Source of the DNA: Lama glama
Lineage: Eukaryota
Length of the DNA stretch: 64,000 nt
Direction of reading: 5' to 3'
Assembly: GCA_028534125.1 (NCBI GenBank)
Contig: CM052832.1
Span: 12,898,001-12,962,000, forward strand
Numbering within the stretch: the first letter of the stretch is position 1; the number at the start of each line of letters is the position of its first letter. Of the stretch, positions 52,040 to 64,000 are shown piece after piece. Made by a program: the position numbers and the translations under genes. The notes under the pieces were generated by a model. That model worked only from the letters and a program-made list of their open reading frames with translations, did not search any database and was not told the origin of the DNA.

Positions 52040-52183
52040 TTTCTTTTCTTTTTTACCTCTTTTTTTGGGAGGGAGGTAATTAGGTTTATTTATTTACCTA
52101 TTTTTTAATGGAGAAACTGAGGACTGAATCCAGGGCCTCGTGCCTGCTAAGCACGTGCTCTACCACTGAGCTATACCCTCCCC
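52040..52183 (-). mobile_element. Camelid SINE (Vic-1-like)
   Basis: TSD tccaca(t/g)tc(g/a)ttttct at 52024-52039 and 52184-52199. Confidence 0.9.
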
Positions 52184-54654
52184 TCCACAGTCATTTTCTA
52201 AGTCTAACTTTTTTTTTTTGCAAAGTCTATTAAATTTGGGATAGGTACTATTATTTGCACTGGTCCTTCTGGATTTCTTAGTGGTTTCCTAAGAACAGGT
52301 AAGGATAGTCACTCAAGTGATATTTCCTGTGTGCCCAAGTAAAATAAGCTAACAGCATGTTTTTCTATTCTTAGTTGAAATGAAAATTAATTTTTGAAAG
52401 TCCTCTAGTCAACTTAGTCCATTGTAACCTGCTGTTGACCTTAGTGGTGGAGGATCTAAGGGCTCGAATGTTAAAATTAGAACTGACTTTGAGTACTGGC
52501 CTTATTTACCATCTGGGCACCTTATTTTTGTTTAACTAACACTTATACAGCATTTACCATGTGCCAAGCACTGTTGTAAGCATTTTACAAATATTTGCTT
52601 GGCTAATCGTCATACTAGTGTGATTATTATATAACACTATTACGAAGTAGTGTTATTATTATCCTTCGTTTACAAATGAGGAATCTGCGACACGGAGATG
52701 GGAAGCAGTCTGCCAACCTACGAACATGAGTTAAAGCTTGCCTCTGGAGCACGTCCCCTGTTAGGTGGGAGATGTAGCTCTGTTTCCACATCCACCACCT
52801 TGCAACCTTGGACAAGTCTCAGCAGTGCTGGGGGCATGTGAAGGGTGTGAAACTGTAGGCAGCAGGGAAGATAGGGCCTTACACACACACAGGAAAGACC
52901 AAAGAGCGAAGCCAGAGGGAAGGGGGAGTTCGAGGGCTGCTCCTCCCATCCCATCCCCACGTAAAGCAGTGAAGCAGGTCTCCAGTACCTTCTTATATTT
53001 CAGTGCACAGCTTCAGTCCTGTACCATTTCCATTTCCTTGAACTGCATCTAGACATGACTCTGGTCCCCACCAGCTTCTGACCTCATTACTCATTCTGTT
53101 TACAGCTTGGCCTCACCCTTCAGACTGCCCTGATTTCCCAGATAGGAATTTGGCTGCCCTCATTGACTATGATTCAGATTTTCACCCCGGCCACCTTGCA
53201 CCAGCCCTCCTGTGTACATAGCCCCTCTGGTCAGACTGGTACTCTGAGAGCCCCCTCCTTCCCTCTCTGAAAGCTCTGTCATGGGTAAGGCAGGGCCCTA
53301 TGAACATATCCACTCCAGAGAACTGGGGCAGGGTTATGAGAATCTCAAATGAAATTTGGGGGGAAACCATTGAAGGATCTGGAGTTGGGGGAATAGAATG
53401 ATGAAGGGGGCTTTTGAGGAAGAAGAGGCAGCTGTGTAGGATAGGAGAAGAAGGTAAGGCTGGAGGCAGGGGCATCTGTGAATAGGGTAACAGACAAGGA
53501 AGGGCTAAGGTAAGGGGCCCAGCAGATACAAGAGACACAGGACCTCACAAGTCTTGGCCATTGCCTGGATTTGAAGGGCAGGAGGGTGGGGAGAGTCGGG
53601 CACTGTGATTCTCCCAGGTTTTCCATGGGAAGCATCGTGGAAAGCTGATGCCTCAGCCCGCAGTAGTAGGGCAGTTGTGAGGAAGTGGAAGAGCCTAGAA
53701 TAGTGCCTGGAAATTGGGTATAGGCTTAAGAAGTGTTTACAGAATAGGATATATCTATGTCGAATCTCTAGATCTTGTCAGTAAAATGTTAATGCCCCAT
53801 GAAAAGGTAAAACTGAGAGTCTTGGACACCTTTGTCTTAAGGGAAAGAGGAAAGACTGATGGGAAGAGGCTGAGGAGGGGTAAACACAGGGAAAGAGGTG
53901 TTTCCTTCCCCGGGCACACCCGTTTGGGTCATGGTGAGAGGAGCCCAGAAGAGAAGCCCACATTCACCTTTATCACAGTTCATCTAGAACTTCCCGGTAC
54001 CATTAGATGGGAGGGGAGTGGAAACCCGGGAGAGGCGGGGCAGGCAGGGTTGACAGCAGACAGGATCTGAGGGGGCACCTTGCAGGAGTCTGCTGGGGGG
54101 CCGTGAGGGGACCTGAGAGGGAGACCTGCAGGCACAGTGAGTCACGCTGAGCAGCCGAGGCTGTGGTTGGTTCCCAGGTTGGTTGCCATTGTCTTTCCAG
54201 GCCTATTCCTTACATTTGAAGTAGAGAGCTAGCCTGTGGTGCCTCCCAACTCTAGAGAAATCCACTGCTATCTTATTACTCAGTTATTTCAGCCTCCTCC
54301 TCCTTGACGTCACTTCATTTTCCATCTACTATCTCCTTGCTGTCATCCAGTTAATCCCTTCTCTCTTACTCATGTAACTTTTTCTTTTCATCCCTCTCTT
54401 CTCCCTGGAGACTTCAGCTGGAATTGAAAACAGTCCCCCAAAGAAGGAAAAACTCTACAACTAATTAAAAAAATTTTTTTTCTTTGTCCATGTTTGATCA
54501 TATACATGCTTTTCATATGTCTCGTCTTTTAGCCCTGGATGACAACTTGTAGGGGGCCAAGGACTGGGTCAGGCTCTGAGAAGGGCTTTATAATGAATAC
54601 ATTGAGGCTTCCCTACAGATCACAGTTTGATTGATGGAGATAATAGTCCCAGCA

Positions 54655-55050
54655 GTCACCGTTTATTTTTCCCGTGCTAGGTGCTGTGTTAATTGCTTTC
54701 TATTCTGAATCCTCACAGCGACCCTGTCAATCACATATCAGCCTATCTCCGATGGACAATGAGGAAATTAAGACTCAAGGATTAAGTAACTCGTCCAGTT
54801 ATAGCTGGGAGTATTACTTCCAAGCTGACATTCATTGAGAACTCACTTCATGCCAGGCTCTGTATCAGTGCTTCACACTGAATTCTCAGCAACACCATGA
54901 GGTAAATATTCTTATTATCCTCATCTTCCAGGTCAGGAAGCTGGCTCAGGGAGGTTAAATAACTTGCAAATGTCACACTACTGGGAAGCAGTGGAACCAA
55001 GCTGTCATCCTTGGCCCTGGGGCTCCTAGTCTTGCTCTTTGATCACTGCG
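54655..55050 (-). mobile_element. Two adjacent MIR SINEs
   Basis: gaggaaattaagactcaaggattaagtaact and aggaagctggctcagggaggttaaataacttgc cores. Confidence 0.7.
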
Positions 55051-56692
55051 TTTAGCTATTAAAATACCAAAAGAACCTCCATGCAATTTGGTTTTACCCC
55101 TGAAGTGATCCCAGGAAGGCCCCACAGGACAGCATTGTATCAAGGTTCCAAGGTGCAGGCTGTCTACAGAAAGTGGTGGCAAGAGAGGGCTGGGAGGACG
55201 AAGTGGTTAATGTCTGAGAAGGGAAGTGCAGAAGCAGCTAAGTGGAGTTAGAACTGCCTCTGTGCGTGCCCTGGAAATGCAAACAGCCCTCGGCTTGGCT
55301 TCCCCTGGGTTGGCCCTGGTGGCTGGCGGGAAGCCTGCTGGAAGGGAAGCCCCATCTGAGGGAGCAGCCACGGGACCCTGGAGCAGTGGCTTCCCCCTCT
55401 CTGACCTTTAGCTTGCACTGATGAATTGGCAGCAACTGTGTGACATCAGGGAGACATTTTCTTCTTTGTGAGCTCAGAGCTTCCATTTAAAAATTCCTCA
55501 GTCACAAGACGGAGGCTGCAGAAACCCAGGCACACTTGTGGAGGCAGCAGGTGATGTGCACTTGCTCCAAATCTTCCAGAAGTCTGCGTAATCCCAGGGA
55601 TTCCAGGCAGCCTTGGGGATGGCCATGTAAGGTGCGATCGCTGGCCTTATTCATCCCCACTGCACTGCCAGCTCTTGGGAGCCCTGCAGGGACGAGATCA
55701 CAGAGGCTGGGCACACCCGGCAGGCGTCTGGGAACCACCAGCCTCCTCTGGGTGGCCGATCTCTTCTTGTCCTTAGCCCTGCTGAAAACCAGCACTTGGT
55801 TACAGTCAAGTGAGCTCAAGTTATCCAAATGTTTTTTTCTTGACTGTTGTATGTGAGGCTGGGAGTGTGCTGGGGGAATGAGTTAATCTAATGTCTAAAC
55901 CTGAGAGTGGTAGAGGGAACCATTATTTTAATACAGCAAAGACTGGAGTTGAAGGGAACTTTAAATCGAAGTCGGAATACTGCAAGCCCCCATTTTACAG
56001 AGGAGGAAACTGGAGGCTCAGAGAGGCAAAGTGACTTGCCCAAGGCCTCACAGCACATTAGTAGCAGAGGCAAGACTAGGAGAACATTATCCTTGAGAAG
56101 TGTCTCCAGGCCTCAGTTCCCTCACTGGTAAAATGACACAATGGGATTTAATGACGTCTAACATTTCCCTCCAGATCTTAAAACATAAAACCATAATTGG
56201 GTGACTCTCCCAGGCTCCCTGAGGGATCTGGGATCTACTGGAGCAGGCCCTGAACAAGGCAGGATGCGTGGTTAGGAAGGTGGGGGCAGTTAAATGAACA
56301 GATAATTCCTGGACTCTGGAATAGATGGTTTCATCACCTTTGAAAGCCACCTCTCACTTCATTCCCTCCCCTTGCTCTTGCCTTTGGAGACCAGCATCCA
56401 TCCTAGAGCAGCCACCCTTCCCTTCTCCCTTCCCAACCCACAGACATACATACACCCTTAGACCACTGTTACTCCGGCTTGTACCTTTTATTGTGGAAGC
56501 ACCCGTATGCGCTGCACCACACATTTTACATGATCACATTTACTGCTCCTACCTCCATCCTCTGACTTAGGTTAACATCCTCATTATGTTTATGATGCAA
56601 CTGAGGCTCTGAGACTTACATACTTGTATATTCCAATGTGCTAATCCCTAAAGTGATTCAAATCTGACTGCAGATCAAGCTTCAACTCTTGT

Positions 56693-56823
56693 TTTTGTTT
56701 TTGGCAGGGGGAGGGACGTAATTAGGTTTATTTACTTATTTTTAGAGGAGGTACTGGGGATTGAACCCATGACCTCATGCATGCTAAGCATGTGCTCTGT
56801 CACTTGAACTATACCCTCCCCAC
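56693..56823 (-). mobile_element. Camelid SINE (Vic-1-like)
   Basis: TSD aa(g/t)cttca(a/t)ctcttgt at 56677-56692 and 56824-56839. Confidence 0.9.
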
Positions 56824-57964
56824 AATCTTCATCTCTTGTATCACCTCTCCCATATTGCCCCCTGCATTATATCTCCAGCAAGCAACCCTGAAGCTCTGGC
56901 TGTGGCCCACAAGTTCACCTGGATGTAACGGGTGCTAACAAGACTAAGGTCATTGGCTTTATTCCTGTGAGAACCCACTATCTTTGTCCTGTTTCAAGAC
57001 CACAGACTGTACCTTTGAATTTGACCCCTTATCTCACAGTGGGTGCTCAGGATTGGGGCTCAGTGTAGGGAGAAGAATCAGGATCCTTTGTGTCTTTCAT
57101 GAGTACTGGATAAAAATTCCAAGTAATCAGTTATGATTTTGTTCCCCTGAGATTACCTAGGAGCAAAAGAGGATGCAAGTCCACCAAATTGCTCTTATTG
57201 ATAAACTACATTATACAGATTGATTTGCAGACATTTCCTAGAGTGGCAGTTCGGGCTCTAGTCTATAACTGAATTCTGCAGTTTGGGTACTAAACTATCC
57301 ACTGGGCTCACTGAGTCATGTTCCTTGTGGCATCTGGTCAGCAGGTCACACGAGGTGGGGTGGAGGCAGCAGCTGAAAATGCAGTAGTACCCTGTTAGGT
57401 GCCAGGATCCTCCGGGACTGCTGGTTCTTCTCCAGCACGTGTTGGTAAGGGTTGAGGGTTGAGAGGCCAGGTGGGTGGATTGGGTGTGAAGCCATACAGG
57501 TACCGTTGGGGATAAGCTGCTCCTTTGTACATTCTTTGTTCATTCCTTCCATAAACGCTTACTGAGCACCCATATGGGCGGGCTAGATCTGGGACTCTTT
57601 TGGCCACTGAGAATTCCAAAGCTAATAATCAAGAAGTGAACATTCTGACTCTGGAGACCAGCATGGCCACAGCGTTAACATACAGCGTGAGAACTGCTAT
57701 CATAGAGCTGTGCTCCCTTAACAGAGGGAGGGATTCGTTCTGCTGGTCTGGGGGTGCCGCACTGGGAAGGTGTCCTTTGAGCTGAGTCTGGAGATATGAG
57801 GCGGGGAGAGTACATTCCAGACTGAGAGAGGAGCTGGAGCAAAGGTCCAAAGGCCGGAGTGAGCACAGCCAGATCAGGGTGCTTGGAGCACGTTCCACAG
57901 AAAGCCAGCTTCTTTTTATGCAAAGGACAACTTTTGCAGGTGTCAGCCTATATCACCACCATCA

Positions 57965-58125
57965 CCAAAGCTAACATTTATAGAACTGACTATGTGCCAG
58001 GCAGTCTGCTAAGTGCTTTCCTCACATCTCCTTCTTCATACAAGAACCTTGAGATAGGTATTATTAACACCATTTTACAGGTGAGAAAACTGAGGTTTAG
58101 AGAGAAGTTAGGATATTAGCCGCCC
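57965..58125 (-). mobile_element. MIR SINE
   Basis: ccattttacaggtgagaaaactgagg. Confidence 0.8.
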
Positions 58126-58969
58126 AGGTTAGGAAGCATCTGTGTTCTTAATCACTGCACTCTATTCCCAGCTTGTTCTTTTCCCTTTTTCTTTCTTTTT
58201 TTGGTAGCTTTCTTTGGAGGGGTGCACTCTTTTCTCAAGTATGTGTCTGAGTGTGCATGTCCAAACCCCCTCCTGTCCAAGGGGACACTCTTGGGAGCTT
58301 ACCCATTTGGCCTTGACCTTCTCTGTCTCCGCATAGTGTTCTAAGCAAGACATTCCTGCATAAACCGAACCAAGCCTGAAGTTCCATTTGTTATTTTTTT
58401 CCATGAGAAATTTAAATCCGAAGAAGAACCGAAACACACCCAGAGGAATTTATTGCACCCCTGCTACTGCCCAAGGCATTTGCCTTGAGACCATGTTAGC
58501 AAAGTCGAGGTTATTACTGGAAAGTGGTCTTTTAAATATGTGTGTGTGGGGAAGGTGCAATGGGGGGTGTTACAGATTGAATGTTAATTAGGTTCAGATT
58601 TTGGAGAGCTTTAAATGCCATCTAGAGAGTTTGAATTTCATTTTATGGATCTAAAGAAAAAGGGAAGGGAGAGGGTGACTACCCGGCCCAGGCACTATGC
58701 TAGCACACACCTCTTCACACCCTGCCTTGGCGAGCAGTGAAAGTTTCTGAGTAGAGCGTGGATACATTCAATTTAAGAAGATGAATCTGTGTTGGATGCA
58801 GGAAGGGAAAGAGTTTAGCAGAGCAGATTCCATTACAAGCAACGATACAATCTAGGGGTGAGAGGTTACTGCCTGCATTACGGTGATAGTGGTGATGATA
58901 ATGGAAAGCAGACATTTTATAAAGACGTTAACATATGAAAAAAGTATTTTTATACATAAATTGTGGTCC

Positions 58970-59095
58970 GAGGGGGAGGGTGTAGCTCAGTGGTAGAGCA
59001 CATGGTTAGCATGCGTGGGGTCCTGGGTTTAATCTCCAGTACTTCCACCAAATAAATAAACAAACAAACCTAATTACCTCTCCCACCAAAAAAAA
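58970..59095 (+). mobile_element. Camelid SINE (Vic-1-like)
   Basis: ggggagggtgtagctcagtggtagagc A-box; gggtttaatctcc B-box; cctaattacc and A tail. Confidence 0.9.
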
Positions 59096-62000
59096 TTCTA
59101 GTTCATCAGTTTTCCAAATTTTCTGGTATTAGGTGGTTTTTATTTTTGGCTTACTGTGGACCCTACTTGTATCGCTGTAATGCATTCTCTTGCAAATCTT
59201 TTCTTTGAGTCCACTTGTTGCCTGTACCTGAATGAAACTCAGATATAGAAAAGCTTGAATCTGAGTCTAAACTTAGCCCCCTACTGACTTGGAAAAGCTA
59301 AACTTGGCAAACCGCCTCCACCTCTCTTCAAGCAGCAGTCTTAAAAAGTAGCTCTCTACCTCCCCCCCCAACTAATGAACTATATCTAATAGCCTCTCTT
59401 TAGAGAGTCCTTTGAGAAAGAGATGGCGTTTGTTTTTGACCTCATTATCCATTTCAGCCTGTCCTTGATGAAAATAATCGCCCCTTAGGCAGGTACATTC
59501 CTCACATGCCGCTCTCTGCTGGCGGCTGAGACGTTGTTAACCCCAGTGACCATGGGAAAATGCTGCTGTCGGCTTCAGAGAGTCTAAAGGGAGTTGGCAC
59601 AAGATAACAAGGGGTGAAGAGGTCAGAGTGGCAGCCCCTTTCATCTTTTCAGGCTGTTTCCAACCCAGACAAAGGATCCTGTCCAGGGGTGCAAGGCCCA
59701 CGCGGCTTTATTTTATGGTCTAGCCCTGAAAGGGGGCTGGGAGGGCTGGTTCGTATCTGGATATTGTTTTGGAGGCGAATGCCTGGCTCCCGGGAAGTCC
59801 TCGACTCCTGGGGGAATGCTAAGTGGAAGGAAGGGCAGGCAGCCTCCGCTTCGGCGGAAGAGACCACCCAGCTCCTCAAAGGAGAGTGTGAAGGGCTTGA
59901 ATGGAATGAGCTGTCTTGCAGGATTTATCATTCAGACAGTGAGATTAAGGGTGTGAGGCTGCTTAGCTGCTTCAAATTGGGGTGGCTCGAGGATTTTCAG
60001 CTGATAGAGGAAAAGGATGAGGGAGGGTAAGCGGGGCTGGGTGCTTGGAGATGGATGGAGAGGTGAGGGAAGTTTGCAAGGCTATGTGGGGAGGTGGGGA
60101 TCCAGATTTCCTCCTGGTTGGCCACTAACCTACTTTATGACTCTGAACAAGTCATTTCTCCCTTTTGTAAAGTGAGGCGACTAGAGGGATACCGGAAGTC
60201 GTCTCAAGAGGCTGTCTTGGAGTGAGGGGAGCCTTAGGCTGCCCACCTCCTCCCCCGTTCACTTTCTCAGCTTGCTTCAGTGATTGTGTTCTATAAGAAA
60301 AGCAACGCAGCCACAATATCAGTAATTGAAAGTCAGCTACTCTCGGTCTCACCAAAATCCCCAGCTCACCCCACAACAGTAATATTGCCTTTGGGTGGAT
60401 TTCCCTTTGATTTTACTTCTAATGTGTATGTATATACATATCTGTAGTACACCTACAATTTTGCATCGTGGCTTTTCCCACCAGTAAATTCGTGGTGCTG
60501 AACATCTGTTTGCCCCTGCAGATGTTTTCACCAACTGCCTTCACCCTGCTTTGTGCCCCAGGAGGCTGTTGTGCACTCCTTTGCCCTTCTTTGGCTTTGG
60601 TTGAGTTTGAGAGATATTTCTTCCCTGCCTCCCTCACTTCCAGATCCCTGCAGACTAGCTGAGTCCCTCCATCAAAGGGACCTCTAGGGACCCTCTCCAT
60701 GTTCCAGGAGGGCCCCACTTACCCCTTCAGGCCTAGACTGTAAGTAGAAATAGCTCCCTTCTGCTTTTCCAATGCTGCCCACACCTCTGTAAAAACCCCT
60801 TTATTCAGCTCCCTTCAAATTTTTCCCAGTTTTGAATGTGTCATGTTTCCTGCTGGGGCTGTCTGAGAATTTATAGCACTAGTATTTTCCAGATTCCTAC
60901 ACACAATCTATGTGGACTACAGCTGCATAGCATTGTATTGAATATATATATATACACATACACCATAATTCACTTAACCATTCCCCTATTGACCCACATT
61001 TAACATGCTTCCTATTTCTTTGGCATCAAAACCTCAGTGAACTACTCCCCAGACAAGAAACCGTGGTTTCTTCTAATTGTAGGCATTTTCTTTCCTTTCT
61101 GGGTTTAAGTTCAGGGCAGCAAGTAAGTTTTCAGTTGCAGACTTTGGCTGCCCTTAGAGAACTTAACAGTTGGTAGCCTGAAATTGAGAAACAATGCTAG
61201 AGATGAAACACTGAGGCAAATTACTATGTAATGTAGCTAGAAATTCAAAGGTAGAGGAGGGATGGGGATGAGGGATGGTTAGCTGCAAAAGGCCTGCTGG
61301 TGGGCGGGGCCTCTCAGGACCCCTGACGGCTAATTAGCACCCTGGTTGATTTATCATAGTCCAGAAGTGGGTATCACCTGACTTTGTTTGATCAGTGTAT
61401 AAAATAAGAATGCCACCTTTAGCACACAAAGAGAAGAATGTCTATCAGGTGGATCTGAATCTCTGCATCAGTATGTCTAGCACATTATGTCTTACAAGCA
61501 GAAGCCGGGTAGTGACTGAAGTACTGTTTGGGGAGCACAGATTGTTTTTTTTGCAAGAAATGATTTGATGACTTGAAAGCTTAAGAGCATTAGGCTGGAT
61601 AGCCAGACTCACCCAACTCCACAGTAGGGATGACCTTGCCCACAAGACCCCAATATTCCAAGTATGTTGATCAAGACCCCCTTCCCTATATCCTGATAGT
61701 GCTCAGATATGCATCGTCAACTTGAGCCTTTGTAAGTCCACCTTTCCCTGTATCTGGCTCTTCCTTTAAGGCTTCCTTTACTATCATAACCTGCACAGAA
61801 ATCACCTGGGGATCTTGTTAAATGCAGATGTGGATTTAGTGGGCCTGGGGTGGGGCCTGAGAGGTTTTAGTGCGTGCCAAAATGCCTCCTGTCTAGTACA
61901 ACCTAGTCTTCTGAGCCACTGAATCCTTTAAAAGAATGTCTTTCTTATCTGTGCTCTAATCCCCATTTTGTGGTTATTTGTAATTTAATATTCAGATGGG

Positions 62001-62586
62001 TAATCCTCTGTTTCAGGCCCTGGTTGAGAAGGGGGCACTTGGGTGGCTTCCTAAAGCATCAGGGAGTGATCTCTAAGGAGGTGGGAGCTTCACCTGGGGG
62101 TGGAAGGACTGAATGTCAACTGGCTCAGACTTTGTGGTTTCATGACACGATCCCCATGGCCCAGAAGCTGCAGACCAACCACTCACCCTTCACTTTCATT
62201 TAAAGCTGGAAAACCTAGTCACCCGAAATTTTTGTTTCCTCTTTTTATAGAGAGAGGAAAACAAAACTTAAGTAAGTTTTTGTAAAGGTTCTTAGCTTGA
62301 GCCTTAAAAGCTAGTCCCCTTATAATTTTTAATGAAGATCTGAATAGAATAGGGTCAGGGAATTAACCACAAGTATATTACTAACACTGGTTTACATTTT
62401 AAAAGCACCTGACAGTTTCCAAATCATTTGAATATCCACAATCTGTTTGATCCTTTCAACAACCCTGGAAGGTAGAACAGGCATTATTATTCTTTTTTAT
62501 CTCAGTTTCTGGATAAAACAATCTCAGAGATCAAGTGCCATCCAGGTTCAAACAGCTACTTGGTGGTGGAGCTTGGGTTCAACAAC

Positions 62587-62905
62587 TTTTATTTTATGTT
62601 ATTATTTTTTAATTCAAGTATAATTGAATTACAATATTATATTCATTTTAGGTGTACACCATAGTGATTCAGTATCTTCATATCTTACAAAATGATCACC
62701 ATGATAAGGCTGTTACCATCTGTCACCAAAGTTGTTACACTATTATTGACTATATTCCCTATGCTGTACATTACATTCCCCGAGACTTATTTATTTTATA
62801 ACTGGAGGTTTATATCTTTTAATCTCTCACTTATTTCACTCTTCCTCCTACCCTCCCCCAGGCCCCGCCGGCAACCACCAGTTTGTTCTCTGTATCTGTG
62901 AGTCT
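62587..62905 (-). mobile_element. L1MA-type 3' end inserted in a MIR
   Basis: aagtataattgaattacaatatt...gttctctgtatctgtgagtctg; flanked by tgggttca repeats. Confidence 0.8.
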
Positions 62906-63563
62906 GGGTTCAGAGCTTTTTAATGCTCAGCAGGCATTCACAGCTGTTACCTCGTGTACTATCTGCCCCCACCCTCCGACGTGCCTACCACATTTGCCCA
63001 CAAAATGATTAAAAATTACCCAAGAACCCAGAGCTGGGAGCAGACTTGGGACTCAGGCCTGTATATTCTCTCTTAGCCTAGGTTGCAGGTCTTCTTGGTT
63101 TTTACCTGAAAACAACTGCAACAGTTGCTGCTTCTCCTTCCAGGTTTCCCATAATTTGAGCGTGCTCATTCTCACTGCCACCGTCCCTACCTGGGATGTC
63201 ATCATCACACACCCAAATTATTGCCGCAGCATCACTCTAGGTTATTAAGACTAGAACAGACACTGCTGGAGCCCTACTATGTGCCAGGCCTGAAGGTAGA
63301 AATGACTACGTCCTTGTCCCTGTCCTCAAGGGCTTTCCAGGAAACAGACCCGAAACAGGTCCCTGCAACAGTACAAGGACTGTGTGGTGATGGGGAGACA
63401 TGCAGGGAACAAAGGAGGGGCTGGGTGATGGCAGGCTGTTCCTTCCCATTGGTCTTCTGGCCGTCAGATTCTCTTCCCTCACAGGCACTCAGTGTTCTGT
63501 GTGTTCCCTGGTCAAGATCCTTTACTAACTTCACAGTGCCAAGACTTCAGCTTGGCATTTATT

Positions 63564-63610
63564 TTTATTTTTTTATTGAAGTATAGTTGATTTACGATCT
63601 TGTGTTAGTC
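63564..63610 (-). mobile_element. 47-bp L1 3'-terminal insertion
   Basis: Perfect 17-bp TSD tcagcttggcatttatt at 63547-63563 and 63611-63627. Confidence 0.85.
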
Positions 63611-64000
63611 TCAGCTTGGCATTTATTGTCCCCATTATCTGGCCCCTGCATTTTACCATTCCTCAGGACAACCCTCTGTGCCAGTCACAACTTTCTCCTG
63701 ATGGGCCCAGAGACTTACTGCTGCATATTCCTATGATCTAGTCAAAGAATCATGGTAATAATCCTAGTCCTACTTATTGCTTGACTGTATCACTCTGCTA
63801 AGCATTTTTTCATATTATTTCACGTAATCCTCATAACTCATTGTGGTAGGTACCATCTTCCTAGTTTGGTAGAAGAGAAAGCCAAGGTTCAGAGAGGTTA
63901 AGTAACTTGACCAAGTCACACAGCTTAAACACAGCTAAGTAGAACTCATCCCCCAAGGTTAAACCCCAAATCATCCCAGTCTTGACATTTACTCTACTGA

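Noticed and set aside
58976..59047. tRNA gene
   Set aside because: tRNA-derived SINE head with A-tail, not a tRNA
1..64000. CRISPR arrays, rRNA, operons or other prokaryotic systems
   Set aside because: Sequence is mammalian; no regularly spaced repeats or rRNA-like segments seen

Overview
Mammalian genomic DNA, most likely a camelid (eight copies of a tRNA-derived Vic-1-like SINE; no Alu or Bov-tA seen), from the region matching human 6p21.2 in reverse orientation. It holds the single coding exon of TMEM217B (+, 6149-6703) and PIM1 on the - strand, of which only the CpG-island promoter, 5' leader, CUG-initiated N-terminal extension and the 3' UTR end are visible; the kinase-coding body lies in a 500-N gap. 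An FTL retrocopy with an open 176-codon frame but a broken IRE sits on the tail of an internally deleted L1. The most interesting signal is a hand-reconstructed, decayed multi-exon gene on the - strand 11-20 kb upstream of PIM1 (about 43.1-51.9 kb): 11 candidate exons with AG/GT boundaries, compatible phases, about 660 codons, scattered stops and one frameshift. I cannot assign it to a protein family. The rest is L1, L2, MIR, MER/Tigger and MaLR/ERV repeats. Gene and repeat names come from remembered sequences, not searches, and repeat boundaries are approximate.
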